Both the position numbers and the translations under genes were made by a program. Under the pieces are notes generated by a model. It searched no databases. It worked only from the letters and a program-made list of their open reading frames with translations, and was not told the DNA's origin. This document shows, one piece after another, positions 20,997 through 31,076 of a DNA stretch of 64,000 nucleotides. Each line of letters starts with the position of its first letter. Position 1 is the stretch's first letter. The stretch comes from an uncultured archaeon (GTDB lineage Archaea; Thermoplasmatota; Thermoplasmata; Thermoplasmatales; Thermoplasmataceae), in contig CP009479.1 of NCBI GenBank assembly GCA_000965745.1, forward strand, positions 832,001-896,000, read 5' to 3'.

Positions 20997-22577
20997 TTAT
21001 TTTCTCGTCATAAGAACAGCGAAAGCTATCAGGTCAGCGACAATGACAATGTATGAAATAATAGGGTGAAGATTCATCACATAAATTGACCCGAGCAGTA
21101 TGAACCCCAGGAAGAGGGAGCCAGGCACCTTGTTTGAAGTTTTCTGCTGTTGAGGGGCTTCAATATCCTCTAGCCTTCTCTTGAGCATTGGAATGACGTC
21201 CAGCCCTTTCTCTATGGAGACTGCTGCCCTTTTTACAAATTCAGACATCTGCTTCCTGTACAGCTCATCCAGGAGGCCTTCCCTGTAAAGCAACTCCCTC
21301 ATGACCCTCACAAACTTGAACTCAGGATCAAGCGTCTTGCATATACCTTCAAGAAGTGAGGACATTCTCATGTAAAGGACAAGCGATCTCGGGAGTCGGA
21401 AAGGAAACTCGAAAATAACGCCATTTGCGATCTCCATGAGCTCCCTTATTTCCGCATCGTTTGCGCTTCTTCCAGATAGGCTCGTCATGGCAATTTCTAT
21501 GCTTCTTCTTATCACACCTCTGTTTGCTGCGGGGGAGAGTGCATTAAGGCTCAACAGAGCATCTATTATGAGTTCCGGATCCTTCTTCATAAGCCCGTCA
21601 TAGAGGGACAGAAGGGAGAATCTTGTCTCATCATCTAGGTTTCCGACCATTCCAAAATCGTATAGAATGATCCTTCCCTCCGGAGTAACCGAGATGTTTC
21701 CGGGATGGGGATCAGCATGAAATATATCGTCCCTTAGCAGCATGCGCATAAATGCCAGATCCACCCTGAATGCAAGGTCCTGCATATCCACATTGTTCTT
21801 CTTCAGGCCTTCTATGTCCGTGATCTTTGTGCCTATGATATATTCCGTGACCATTACTTCCTTTCCGGAGATCTCATTTATGACGCGGGGAATCAGGGCG
21901 TCTTCTCTTTTCAGCAGGTTTTCCCTTATCCTGTTCGAGTTCTCTGCCTCTTTCCTGTAGTCTATCTCGTCGTATATCCTGCCCTTGAAATCGATGATTA
22001 CGTTGCTAACGCTGATATAAAGGAAATTCTCTATCCGCCTTCTAAGGAGTTTGAGAAGACGGCTGATGACCTCCAGATCCCTCTTGAGTATGAACTCTAT
22101 CCTCGGCCTGTTTACCTTAACTGCCACATTCTGACCCTTGTACTTTGCAAGATAGACCTGGCCCAGGGAAGCACCGGATATGGCCTCCTCGTTGAACTCC
22201 TCGAAGACATCATCTATCTTTCCGAGGTTTCTCTCGATAATCTCCTTTGCATGGGAAAATGGGGCTGGAGGAACACGATCCTGCAACTGCTCAAAAGATG
22301 CAATGTACTCCTTAGGAAGCAGGTCTGGCCTCGCTGACAGGACCTGGCCCAGTTTAATGAACGTGGGTCCTAGAGAAAAAAAAGTTTCCACAGCTCTTTG
22401 CCCATTTCTTTCCCTCATCGTGCTCCAAGCTGCTTCTTCGTTCTCTTCACGAGCCCTTCTCCTGTCTTTCAAATAACGCCTGATGATCGGTGCCAGCTTC
22501 AGGAAAACACGCAATTCCTGTCGCCTCAAGCCTTTGAAAGGATCGTTACTGTCAGGCATTCTGCTCCCTATCCGCAT
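20997..22577 (-). CDS. ABC1/UbiB atypical kinase
   Basis: LGPTFIKLGQ, ASLGQVY, VAVKV, FHADPHPGN, DFGM; C-terminal TMs. Confidence 0.93.
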   Translation of the reverse strand: MRIGSRMPDSNDPFKGLRRQELRVFLKLAPIIRRYLKDRRRAREENEEAAWSTMRERNGQRAVETFFSLGPTFIKLGQVLSARPDLLPKEYIASFEQLQDRVPPAPFSHAKEIIERNLGKIDDVFEEFNEEAISGASLGQVYLAKYKGQNVAVKVNRPRIEFILKRDLEVISRLLKLLRRRIENFLYISVSNVIIDFKGRIYDEIDYRKEAENSNRIRENLLKREDALIPRVINEISGKEVMVTEYIIGTKITDIEGLKKNNVDMQDLAFRVDLAFMRMLLRDDIFHADPHPGNISVTPEGRIILYDFGMVGNLDDETRFSLLSLYDGLMKKDPELIIDALLSLNALSPAANRGVIRRSIEIAMTSLSGRSANDAEIRELMEIANGVIFEFPFRLPRSLVLYMRMSSLLEGICKTLDPEFKFVRVMRELLYREGLLDELYRKQMSEFVKRAAVSIEKGLDVIPMLKRRLEDIEAPQQQKTSNKVPGSLFLGFILLGSIYVMNLHPIISYIVIVADLIAFAVLMTRK

Positions 22578-22658
22578 TTTTTATAATAATTGATCCAAAA
22601 AGGTGTAATAATTTCGCGAATAATCCACTCGACGCACTGCATGTCCTTCAGCTCCTGC

Positions 22659-23000
22659 CTACTGCGATTCTGCAAGGCTTGACAGGAACTCCCTGACCTT
22701 CTCTTCTTTGAAGTACCCTGTCTTTTTTCCAACAAGTGCACCATCATGGAACCCCAAAAGAGCAGGGAGGGCTCGAACACCAAATCTTTCGTACACTTCG
22801 GGAGACTGATCTGCGTTCACCCTCATAATCCGGTATTCTGAAAAATCTCCATGCGAAATGACCCTTTGGAGCACCTCGATCATGAGCTCGCACGGATAGC
22901 ACCATGGGGCCCACAGATCAATAACCGCAAATTTGTGCCTTTCAACTGTCTCCATGGCTGTTTTAAGGCCAACATCAGGAATATACTCTGTATTCGTCAC
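22659..23000 (-). CDS. Thioredoxin family protein
   Basis: WAPWCYPC active site, FGVRALP. Confidence 0.88.
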   Translation of the reverse strand: MTNTEYIPDVGLKTAMETVERHKFAVIDLWAPWCYPCELMIEVLQRVISHGDFSEYRIMRVNADQSPEVYERFGVRALPALLGFHDGALVGKKTGYFKEEKVREFLSSLAESQ

Positions 23001-23065
23001 TCTCTATCAGATCAGTGTAGAAGAAGATCAGGCAGAATTAAAAGAGATCGTTCTGGTAAGGCTAA

Positions 23066-23596
23066 CTACCAGTAGTCTTTGTTGACGAAATCGTCGTAAA
23101 GCTCTGCGATGTAGTTTTTGTTGTTCAGCTGATTGTCCGCCAGAGTCTTGAGAACGCCTGAAACTTTGGCATCACTATATTCGTTCGACATCAGCTCCAG
23201 CACATTGTGAATGTCGTTAGACATCTTCATGGCCTTCAGGAGCACACTTTTCATATCATTGGCATTAACATCCGCCAAGTCCTGGGTAACCAGATGATCA
23301 AGCATTTCGAAGCTTCTGGCATCAGACGGTTCCTGCACCTCTTCAAATTCTCCTTTGTCCAGGGCATCCCTTATCATTACCAGATCTCTCTCTTCGTTTT
23401 CCAGAAGAGTCTCGAGCATCATTCTCACATGATCCACGCTGGATTCTTCATACAGTTCCCTGTACCTGTCCACCATCTTCTCCTTAAGGCCGAATGCTTT
23501 TTTCAGAAGATTTTCCCTAACTTCTCCAGATTCTTTTCCAGATATTGTCGAATTGGCTTTTGTCACTGACTTCCTCCTAACATAAATTATAACCAA
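23066..23596 (-). CDS. Ferritin/rubrerythrin-like helical protein
   Basis: Duplicated four-helix pattern with degenerate ExxH ligands; start uncertain. Confidence 0.55.
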   Translation of the reverse strand: MVIIYVRRKSVTKANSTISGKESGEVRENLLKKAFGLKEKMVDRYRELYEESSVDHVRMMLETLLENEERDLVMIRDALDKGEFEEVQEPSDARSFEMLDHLVTQDLADVNANDMKSVLLKAMKMSNDIHNVLELMSNEYSDAKVSGVLKTLADNQLNNKNYIAELYDDFVNKDYW

Positions 23597-23724
23597 TCAA
23601 GCTTATAACCTTTGCCATGCGCCTTATACAGAGGTGAACGCCTTTTAAACCAGAAAATGGAGACTGTCAATTGTTAGTTGAAATTCTGTGATTTCCAGTC
23701 TCTCGACCGCAATCATGAAACATA

Positions 23725-24925
23725 ATGAGTACATCACATTCCATGCGGATACGCCGGATCCCAGGCATATCTAGGGTCGTTATTACAACAAACCTTGATG
23801 ACTATTCCGGTGATCATCCATCCTCGCCTCTCAGGCTGGAAGATCAGCCCACAAATATCAGGTTCAGCAGTGACGGCACTCCCATACTGCACTACAGGGA
23901 CCCTATCTGTCCCAGATGCTTCTCCAGGGATGTCTCAAGGAACGGTACATACATGAGGGAAGTGCAGGGCCACAGTGTGAAGATACAGAAATACATCTGC
24001 AATGCCTGCTCCTTCTCCTTCGAGGCAAGGCCTCCGGGATACGGGTACGGAAAGCATATCCCTGAGGATCTGAGGGAAAAGACCATGAAATCTCGCGTGC
24101 TCTCATCCCTCAGGAAGGCTGCACAGATGTGCGGCATATTCCTCGGAACATCAGTTTCACACGAGTCGGTGAGGACATCTGTACCTGACATGCCTTTCCG
24201 GCATGAAAGGGAATCCTCAGGATATTTCTCATACGACGAGCAGTACGTGAAGATCAACGGCCAGAGAAGATACAGGTTCCTACTCAAGGATACTGTCACT
24301 GGTGAGTTTCATGAGGACATCCTGCTGGATCTGGGTGAGGATTCCACCACCTCATTCATCCTTGACGCACTCAGGAGATTCTCCATTGGTTCTGAGATAA
24401 CAGTGACAACAGACGCTTATCACTACGAGGACGCATTCAGGAATGTCTCCCGGCAACTTCACATAAGAGTTAGGAGGCAGAGGTGCCTCTTCCACCTCCT
24501 CAAGGACCTGAGGAAGAAGGCATATGATTCAGGCAGGAAGGATGAGCTGACTTCAGCACTGGGTCTCATAAATTACACGTTCTTCCAGACTCCTGAGAAC
24601 CTGGAGAAGCTTGGAAAAAATGCGGAGCCTGTCAAGAGGAAGGTCTCAGGAAAGTCTGAAAAGGAGGCGACATTCATTCTCCTTGGTCTTGTGAGGGATC
24701 TCTATTCCGGCGATCCTGTCATAGGTAAATTTCTGAAGCAGATAAGGAAGAACAGGAGGGAGATATTCTGGTATCTCGAAGATCGGAAGGTCAACAGAAC
24801 AAACAACGTTGCCGAGCATCATTTCCCCCAGAGATCTGAACCTCCTTAAGAGGAGGTTCAAGACCGATGATGGACTGCTCAGGACATCCTACTGGTACCA
24901 CCGGTACTCATCAACCGGAAGTTGA
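23725..24925 (+). pseudogene. DDE transposase, Mutator/IS256-like CxxH type, with a late frameshift
   Basis: N-terminal CPRC..CNAC zinc finger, YDEQY, VTTD, QRCLFH, TNNVAE; ORF stops at 24849 but the +1 frame from 24842 reads LLKRRFKTDDGLLRTSYWYHRYSSTGS to a stop inside IRR1 (24923-24925). Confidence 0.8.
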
Positions 24926-24932
24926 CGACGTC
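24908..24932 (+). repeat. IS right end, copy 1
   Basis: TCATCAACCGGAAGTTGACGACGTC; 22/25 identical to 26571-26595. Confidence 0.9.
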
Positions 24933-25306
24933 CCCTTTTGAAAGAACTTGTATACTAACGAATAATTGATTAACGATGCAGGCCAGAATGCTATTAACCT
25001 GCTGCCATCAACAATCCCTACAAGAAAGAGGAGTATTGGAATTATCTGAAGAGTAATCGCCATCCACTTTATTCTAATTCCAAGAAGCCAAAGTACAGGG
25101 ATCAGGAGCAGGAAAAATGACATGAATATGTTATATCTTAATGTTGCAGCTCCATTAATTGGATCAGAGTAATACATTCGTTGAGAATAGAATGCCAAAA
25201 TAGTTGCAATTATTGATATGATTGCAATTAGATTCCATACCAGGTTGCTTCGAAAGTGGGAGCGCCTTAATCCCTTAACCTCATCTTTTTCCATTTCTAA
25301 CACCAT
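24911..25306 (-). CDS. Small multi-pass membrane protein (IS cargo; possible immunity protein)
   Basis: Three to four hydrophobic segments; TGATG overlap with upstream gene; last codons and stop lie within IRR1. Confidence 0.7.
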   Translation of the reverse strand: MVLEMEKDEVKGLRRSHFRSNLVWNLIAIISIIATILAFYSQRMYYSDPINGAATLRYNIFMSFFLLLIPVLWLLGIRIKWMAITLQIIPILLFLVGIVDGSRLIAFWPASLINYSLVYKFFQKGTSSTSG

Positions 25307-26517
25307 CAAAGTATGTTTTGCGTATATTGCTCGTCGTAGTTATTTGACACATATTGGTTATAAAGGACACTTGAGGACCATGTGTCCCAACTAGCAGTAA
25401 CACCGTTCCAATATTTAATGGTGTTACTGATGTAAACATGGCCATTCCCCTGATTATTTATAGTGACAACTATGTTTGGGAAAGCCTCCCAGTATGTATA
25501 TCCTTGGAACGGAAATTGAGCATACAGTTCGATGTAATAGGATGAAGTTGCAGAAGTAGAACTATGCTGGTAACTATCCGTGATTATGGTCGGGTAAGAA
25601 TATTCCCAGTAGTAATAATCAAGAGAATAATAATTATCATTGGCTCCACTCACATAGCTTCCACCTTGTCCACTCCAAGTCACAGCCAGTGATGCAGTAG
25701 CATCCCACAAATGTATACCTGGCACTACAGTGTGATCCCATTCAGGAAGTGTTCCTGTTACGGAAGTTCCAAAATTAGAACCTCCGCCGCCACCTGGTGG
25801 GGTGGGCGCCAGTGGGGAATTAACAACGAAGTTAGTACTCTTAGCGTTAGATGAAACAATACCCTGCCCGCTCGCAGGCAAGAACTGTGGTGCGAATAAG
25901 TAGGCCATTGTGGGATCATAATTAATTGAGGCAAAGAATTGACTGAATCCTGATGAGGCAGTCTTATGCACAGTCAGAATGTTAAGGTTACCAGTTTTTG
26001 AATGTAGCAAGCTCATATATACGTAATCAATAAGATTGTCCTTTGAATGAGATATCACTGTCGCATACAAAACCCCATTCGACATATAATCAGGAATCTT
26101 GGATGAATTGTAATATGACGATTGATTCTTAAATGACTCAAATTGACGCACCTGAAATGTGGAATGAGAGTATCTAGACGTACCGTTGTTTGTCAACGTT
26201 GAACTCAAAGTCACGTTGTTTTTATCAGATAAATTGTAAGATACTATTGTGTGAACAAGATATGTTGTGCTATCATTTGAATCACCCATTGTTATCCTAT
26301 AGCTAACTTGAGCCGTCAATTGAATACCTGATGTCAGGTTTGTCAAATTGCTATTATTACCGGAGATAGCAGAGGTTACCAACGCAGGTTGAGAATTTAC
26401 GTCTGCCGTGTTTGTAATAGCCGAATTGTTGTGATACGATGTTATAATTGCAAAAGATGCACCGATCATCACTGAAGAGAGAAGAAGAGAAACCATAATT
26501 TTTATTTTATGGCTCAT
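25306..26517 (-). CDS. Secreted S/T/N-rich protein with PTPPGGGGG linker and aromatic C-terminal domain (IS cargo)
   Basis: Signal peptide MSHKIKIMVSLLLSSVMIGASFAII; many N-x-S/T sequons; AT-rich codon usage; start moved to ATG 26517. Confidence 0.78.
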   Translation of the reverse strand: MSHKIKIMVSLLLSSVMIGASFAIITSYHNNSAITNTADVNSQPALVTSAISGNNSNLTNLTSGIQLTAQVSYRITMGDSNDSTTYLVHTIVSYNLSDKNNVTLSSTLTNNGTSRYSHSTFQVRQFESFKNQSSYYNSSKIPDYMSNGVLYATVISHSKDNLIDYVYMSLLHSKTGNLNILTVHKTASSGFSQFFASINYDPTMAYLFAPQFLPASGQGIVSSNAKSTNFVVNSPLAPTPPGGGGGSNFGTSVTGTLPEWDHTVVPGIHLWDATASLAVTWSGQGGSYVSGANDNYYSLDYYYWEYSYPTIITDSYQHSSTSATSSYYIELYAQFPFQGYTYWEAFPNIVVTINNQGNGHVYISNTIKYWNGVTASWDTWSSSVLYNQYVSNNYDEQYTQNIL

Positions 26518-26570
26518 TAAATTAATAACCAAGTTCTGTATATATATATATATATTTCTATCTTGCGTAA

Positions 26571-26595
26571 TCATCAACCAGAAGTTGACAATGTC
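26571..26595 (+). repeat. IS right end, copy 2 (distal), followed by target duplication
   Basis: TCATCAACCAGAAGTTGACAATGTC then AGAAAATG. Confidence 0.9.
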
Positions 26596-26639
26596 AGAAA
26601 ATGCAAAAATGGTTAAGAGAAGTTTCCATCAGGTCTTGC

Positions 26640-27284
26640 ATGCTGGTTTCACCATCGATTATCTCTTCAGACCTGAGGGTGTTGCAGAACCAGATTGAAG
26701 AATGCGAAAGGCATGGGGCTGCATCATTCCATCTTGATGTGATGGACGGACACTTTGTTCCCAACCTGACAATGGGCCCTGACATAGTAAAAGCAGTTAG
26801 AAAATCTACAGAACTGCCGTTAGAGGTGCATCTCATGATTGACAGGCCAGACAGATACTACACCAAGTTTGCAGAATCTGGCTCTGATATCCTCCTCATA
26901 CATTACGAATCTCCAGTCAATCTGAGGGGCCTTTTCAACAACATGAAGAATGAAGGCTTGAAGTATGGCCTCGTCATCAATCCCGGGACAGAATTCAGGG
27001 AGGTCTCTGATCTTCTCGATGGAACGGAAATTCTCCTGATAATGTCAGTGCATCCCGGGTTCTCTGGCCAGAAATTCATTGACGTGACTGACAAAATATC
27101 GGAAGCATCAGCCTTCATCAAGGACAACGGGCTGGGCACGAAGATAGAAGTGGACGGTGGAATCAACCTTGAGACTGGAAAAAAATCGGCCAAGGCCGGA
27201 GCGGATATCCTGGTGTCTGCATCCTACATATTCTCTGGAACCATAAAAGAAAGAATAGGGAGCCTTAAAAGACTCACCAGGTGA
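26640..27284 (+). CDS. rpe: Ribulose-phosphate 3-epimerase
   Basis: SPSII, HLDVMDGHFVPN, MSVHPGFSGQKF, VDGGI; start moved to ATG 26640. Confidence 0.95.
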   Translation: MLVSPSIISSDLRVLQNQIEECERHGAASFHLDVMDGHFVPNLTMGPDIVKAVRKSTELPLEVHLMIDRPDRYYTKFAESGSDILLIHYESPVNLRGLFNNMKNEGLKYGLVINPGTEFREVSDLLDGTEILLIMSVHPGFSGQKFIDVTDKISEASAFIKDNGLGTKIEVDGGINLETGKKSAKAGADILVSASYIFSGTIKERIGSLKRLTR

Positions 27285-27285
27285 A

Positions 27286-28263
27286 TCAGGCCTCCAGTAT
27301 CAGCCTGCCGTCCTTGACTTTCGGGAAATAGTCCAGGGCTTCTTTTATGTCGGCGAGCTTGAAGCGCTTTGCCACTCTCACCTTGAGACCCTTCCTGGCT
27401 GTGATGTCAGCGAGGTCGAGAAGCTCCTTTCTGGACCCACCTGTTGAACCAATTATTGTCCGTTCTGCAGTATACAGGGCGGCTATGTCAACCTCAGCCT
27501 CTTTGCCGGTCAGCACTCCGAACGTCACCAGGCTGCCTCCGGCAGAGAGGTGGCTCAGGGAATCCTTCCAGAATTTTTGCCCCAGTGAATTCATGACAAT
27601 ATCCACTTTCAGGTTTTCGGGCACGCTGTCTGGATCGTAAACTTCAGAAGCGCCATAATCCTTTACCCACTCCTTTCTTGATACGGCATGGACTTCCATG
27701 CCGAAATGTGACGCAAGCTGTGTGGCAAAAATACCGGTGTTTCCGGAAGCGCCATATATCAGGATCCTTTTCTCATGGCTCGCTCCTGCTCTAATGAGGG
27801 CATGGTAAGCAGTCAGGCCACCTATGGGCAGGCTGACTGCCACATCAGGGTCCATTCCCTGCGGCATCTTAAACAGGTTATCCTCGTTTATGTTGAACTC
27901 TTCTGCATACCCGCCGTTTGATACCACTCCCCAGAGACCTCCGTTTGTGCACATGTATTCTCTTGAAGTGAGGCACATATCACAGTTTCCGCAGAAAATT
28001 CTCGGGTAGATTATGACTTTGTCCCCTTTCCTGATGCGCTTTCCATCGGACTTTGCTACACCCATTACTTCTGAGCCTGGTATGTGAGGAAAAGGGGCGA
28101 GGCTGTAAACTACCTTTCCGGCCACTACGTTGTAGTCTATGGGGTTCATTCCCGCTCTTTCGAATCCGACTCTTATCTCTCCCTTTCCGGGTTCAGGCAC
28201 ATTTACATCCTCGAATTTCAGGTTCTCCTTTCCAAGAGGCTTGTATACAACAGCACCTTTCAT
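27286..28263 (-). CDS. Zinc-binding medium-chain alcohol dehydrogenase family protein
   Basis: PGSE, CGNCDMC..C structural zinc site, YGASGNTG. Confidence 0.9.
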   Translation of the reverse strand: MKGAVVYKPLGKENLKFEDVNVPEPGKGEIRVGFERAGMNPIDYNVVAGKVVYSLAPFPHIPGSEVMGVAKSDGKRIRKGDKVIIYPRIFCGNCDMCLTSREYMCTNGGLWGVVSNGGYAEEFNINEDNLFKMPQGMDPDVAVSLPIGGLTAYHALIRAGASHEKRILIYGASGNTGIFATQLASHFGMEVHAVSRKEWVKDYGASEVYDPDSVPENLKVDIVMNSLGQKFWKDSLSHLSAGGSLVTFGVLTGKEAEVDIAALYTAERTIIGSTGGSRKELLDLADITARKGLKVRVAKRFKLADIKEALDYFPKVKDGRLILEA

Positions 28264-28359
28264 ACCTTAAGATGTCAGCATTATTCTAAAGTCTAGCTGT
28301 TTTCTTTTTGAACCGGAAAGACAGCAAAATACTTATTTAAACAAACATTGGAATAGAAG

Positions 28360-29211
28360 TTGAGTTCTGCCTCTGACGAATTGTATGAAAAATTCCAGTC
28401 GTATCTGACAGGCGAAAGGAAGAGCAGGTACACTGTCAGGCAGTACTCCTACATGGCAAAGGGATTCCTGTCTTTCCTGAACAAGCCTCTCGCCGCAGTC
28501 GATGAGGATGACATAGATGAATACAAGAACCACCTCGTTTCAGTAAAGAACTATTCCAAGGCCAGCCAGCACCTGGCCATAAATGCCGTGAAGCTCCTTC
28601 TCAAGTCGAACAGAATAAACCCGCCTATGAACCTGACAGCTCCAAGAAGGTCAAGAAAAATGCCGGTTTATCTCTCCCAGAGGGAAGCTTCAGCACTTCT
28701 CGAACATTCAAGCGTAGACCATAGAATAAATGCCATCATAAACACTCTTATTTACACGGGCATAAGGGTCGGCGAACTTTGTGCTCTCGATCTTGACGAC
28801 ATTGATCTGGACGAGAATATAGTTCGCATCAGGAGCGGGAAGGGGGACAAGGGACGAATAGTAGTGATTCCAGACGAATGCAAAGCATCTCTTGAAAAAC
28901 ATCTCGAGTACAGGAGACGACTACGCCCTGCAACTAAAGCATTATTTGTGAGCAACAAGAGATCGAGATATGACACATCATCAATAGAAAGAATAGTGAG
29001 GGAACTTTCCCGGACAGCTGGAATAAAGAAGAAAGTGACACCTCACGTTCTTAGGCACACATTCGCAACAACCGTTATGAGAAATGGCGGTGATATACGT
29101 TTCATACAGGAGCTTCTGGGTCATGCAAGCGTTGCAACCACCCAGATTTACACCCACATAGATGAAAACACACTCAAAGAGATGTATAACAGGCACAGAC
29201 CGAGATTCTAG
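28360..29211 (+). CDS. xerA: Chromosomal tyrosine recombinase XerA
   Basis: TGIRVGEL, GKGDKGR, TPHVLRHTFAT, LLGH..TTQIY; housekeeping context. Confidence 0.88.
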   Translation: MSSASDELYEKFQSYLTGERKSRYTVRQYSYMAKGFLSFLNKPLAAVDEDDIDEYKNHLVSVKNYSKASQHLAINAVKLLLKSNRINPPMNLTAPRRSRKMPVYLSQREASALLEHSSVDHRINAIINTLIYTGIRVGELCALDLDDIDLDENIVRIRSGKGDKGRIVVIPDECKASLEKHLEYRRRLRPATKALFVSNKRSRYDTSSIERIVRELSRTAGIKKKVTPHVLRHTFATTVMRNGGDIRFIQELLGHASVATTQIYTHIDENTLKEMYNRHRPRF

Positions 29212-30293
29212 TTCTGCCTCTGGATTATATAGTCAGCAAACCATTCAAGAAATCCTTTGATTTCAGAATTTCCGTCCATCTTCCTCACATAGTCCTTGCT
29301 TCTTGAAACGAGTTTTCTCATCACGTCCCTGGAATAATCAAGAGACCCGGTCGATTTCACCAGTTCCTGGAGCCTTCTGAAATCGTTGTCAGAAACGTTC
29401 CCGGATGCAAGGCATTTTCTGATGAACTCCCTTTCACTGTCTCCCGACCTCTCCATAGCCTTGATCATGAGAAGGGTCTTCTTTCCCTCGTTAACATCGC
29501 CCTTTATCGATTTGCCAGTCTGCTTCTCTTCACCGAAGAGCCCAAGTATGTCATCATGAAGCTGAAAGGCAACACCGAGGAGGTAGCCGTAGTGGCTGAG
29601 ATAGGAGAAGTCCTTCTTAGTCCCGCTTAGCAATGCACCAAGGACAAGCGGACCCTCAATCGTGTACTTGGCGGTCTTCCAGAGGTGAAGGCGCATCAGG
29701 TCGTTCTGGACGAAGGAATCATGGATGGAGGAGTAAACGTCCAGGAGCTGGCCGTATCCTGTAGTCTCTATTATTCTGGACAACTCGACACTGGCCTTGA
29801 GGGTTTCCTCGCTCCCGAAACCCGCATCAAAAAGCGCCTGGTGGGAATAGCTGTCTGCAAGGTCTCCTGCAACAATTGCGAGGTTCTCAGACAATCTTTG
29901 AGCATCATCATGTGTAAGGTTCAGCCTGTTTCTTATATCCACATGGAAGCTTGGCATTCCTCTCCTCAAATCGCTCTGGTCCATGATATCGTCGTGTATA
30001 AGGAGATAGGTCTGAGTCAACTCCATAGAAATGGACGCTTTGACTATCTTGTCGTTCTCATCTGCAAACAGGTTATGGCCAAGTACCATAAGTATGGGCC
30101 TCAGCCTTTTGCCGCCTCTCAGGGTGAAATCCCTTATGGTTTCCACAACGGTGGAGGTAAGGGAATCCCAGTTGCTGGACATCTTATTCCTGAAGAAATC
30201 CTCAAGCTGAAGATCGATCTTCTCCTTTGTTCTTAACATGAAGGTTTTGTAGTCTTCCACTTGGATCACTGACTTATGATAGGTGCGTAACAT
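29208..30293 (-). CDS. idsA: Geranylgeranyl diphosphate synthase
   Basis: GGKRLRP, LIHDDIMD..RRG, GQLLD, FQLHDD. Confidence 0.9.
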   Translation of the reverse strand: MLRTYHKSVIQVEDYKTFMLRTKEKIDLQLEDFFRNKMSSNWDSLTSTVVETIRDFTLRGGKRLRPILMVLGHNLFADENDKIVKASISMELTQTYLLIHDDIMDQSDLRRGMPSFHVDIRNRLNLTHDDAQRLSENLAIVAGDLADSYSHQALFDAGFGSEETLKASVELSRIIETTGYGQLLDVYSSIHDSFVQNDLMRLHLWKTAKYTIEGPLVLGALLSGTKKDFSYLSHYGYLLGVAFQLHDDILGLFGEEKQTGKSIKGDVNEGKKTLLMIKAMERSGDSEREFIRKCLASGNVSDNDFRRLQELVKSTGSLDYSRDVMRKLVSRSKDYVRKMDGNSEIKGFLEWFADYIIQRQN

Positions 30294-30359
30294 GCCTATA
30301 TATATTAAGATTCTTTGTAATACGGATTAGTGCCAGCACGGCATGAAGCAAGTGTTTTT

Positions 30360-31010
30360 ATGACATCACAACCAGGCAGGAAAAGTGTGGCCTGCGGGAT
30401 AGACGAGGCCGGACGCGGCCCTGTATTAGGGCCTATGGTGATATCTCTGGTCTGTGCTGATGCGGATGTACTGCGGGAACTCAGGGTGCGGGATTCCAAG
30501 ACGCTGTCAAGGAGCAGAAGGGAAACACTTTACACCAGAATCCTAAGCGTGGCGAACAGGGTTGAGCACACAATCATCTCAGTTGAGGAGATAAATGACC
30601 TGATGAATGAGAAGACACTCAACGAAATAGAGCTGCAATTTGCCGTAAAGCTCGCTGGACTAGCGGATGGTGAGATAGTTGTCGACTGCTTTGATGTCAA
30701 TGAGAACAGGGCATCAGAAAGAATGTCGCGCGAATCCGGGAAAACAGTAAGGTGCATCCACAAAGCTGACAGGGATTACCCTGCAGTTTCAGCAGCCTCC
30801 ATAGTTTCAAAGGTGATCAGGGACAGGGAGATTGACAGGATCAAGGAAAAGTATGGAGAGATCGGCTCCGGCTACCCGGCCGATCCTGTTACAAGGGATT
30901 TCATAGAGAGGGCAATGACCCAAGGGCTCGACATAAGCCAGATAATAAGGACCCACTGGGACACAGTAAGGCAGATCCGGGAAAAAGTCCGAACCTCAAA
31001 ACTGTACTGA
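30360..31010 (+). CDS. rnhB: Ribonuclease HII
   Basis: GIDEAGRGPVLGP, DSK, SAASIVSKV, GSGYP. Confidence 0.96.
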   Translation: MTSQPGRKSVACGIDEAGRGPVLGPMVISLVCADADVLRELRVRDSKTLSRSRRETLYTRILSVANRVEHTIISVEEINDLMNEKTLNEIELQFAVKLAGLADGEIVVDCFDVNENRASERMSRESGKTVRCIHKADRDYPAVSAASIVSKVIRDREIDRIKEKYGEIGSGYPADPVTRDFIERAMTQGLDISQIIRTHWDTVRQIREKVRTSKLY

Positions 31011-31076
31011 CTGTTTGATCAACATTAGCTTAGTACTATAGTTAAAATTAAAATATGGCGTACGACTGCGAGAAAT

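Larger units (their letters stand above)
23660..26595 (+). mobile_element. Cargo-carrying transposable unit: IS (23660-24932) + two passenger genes + second right IR
   Basis: IRL GAGACTGTCAATTGTTAGTTGA 23660-23681; IRR1 24911-24932; IRR2 26574-26595; 8-bp direct repeat AGAAAATG at 23652-23659 and 26596-26603. Confidence 0.8.

Noticed and set aside
28360-29211. Tyrosine recombinase as the integrase of a mobile element
   Set aside because: Size, motifs and housekeeping neighbours fit chromosomal XerA; no att repeats or accessory genes nearby
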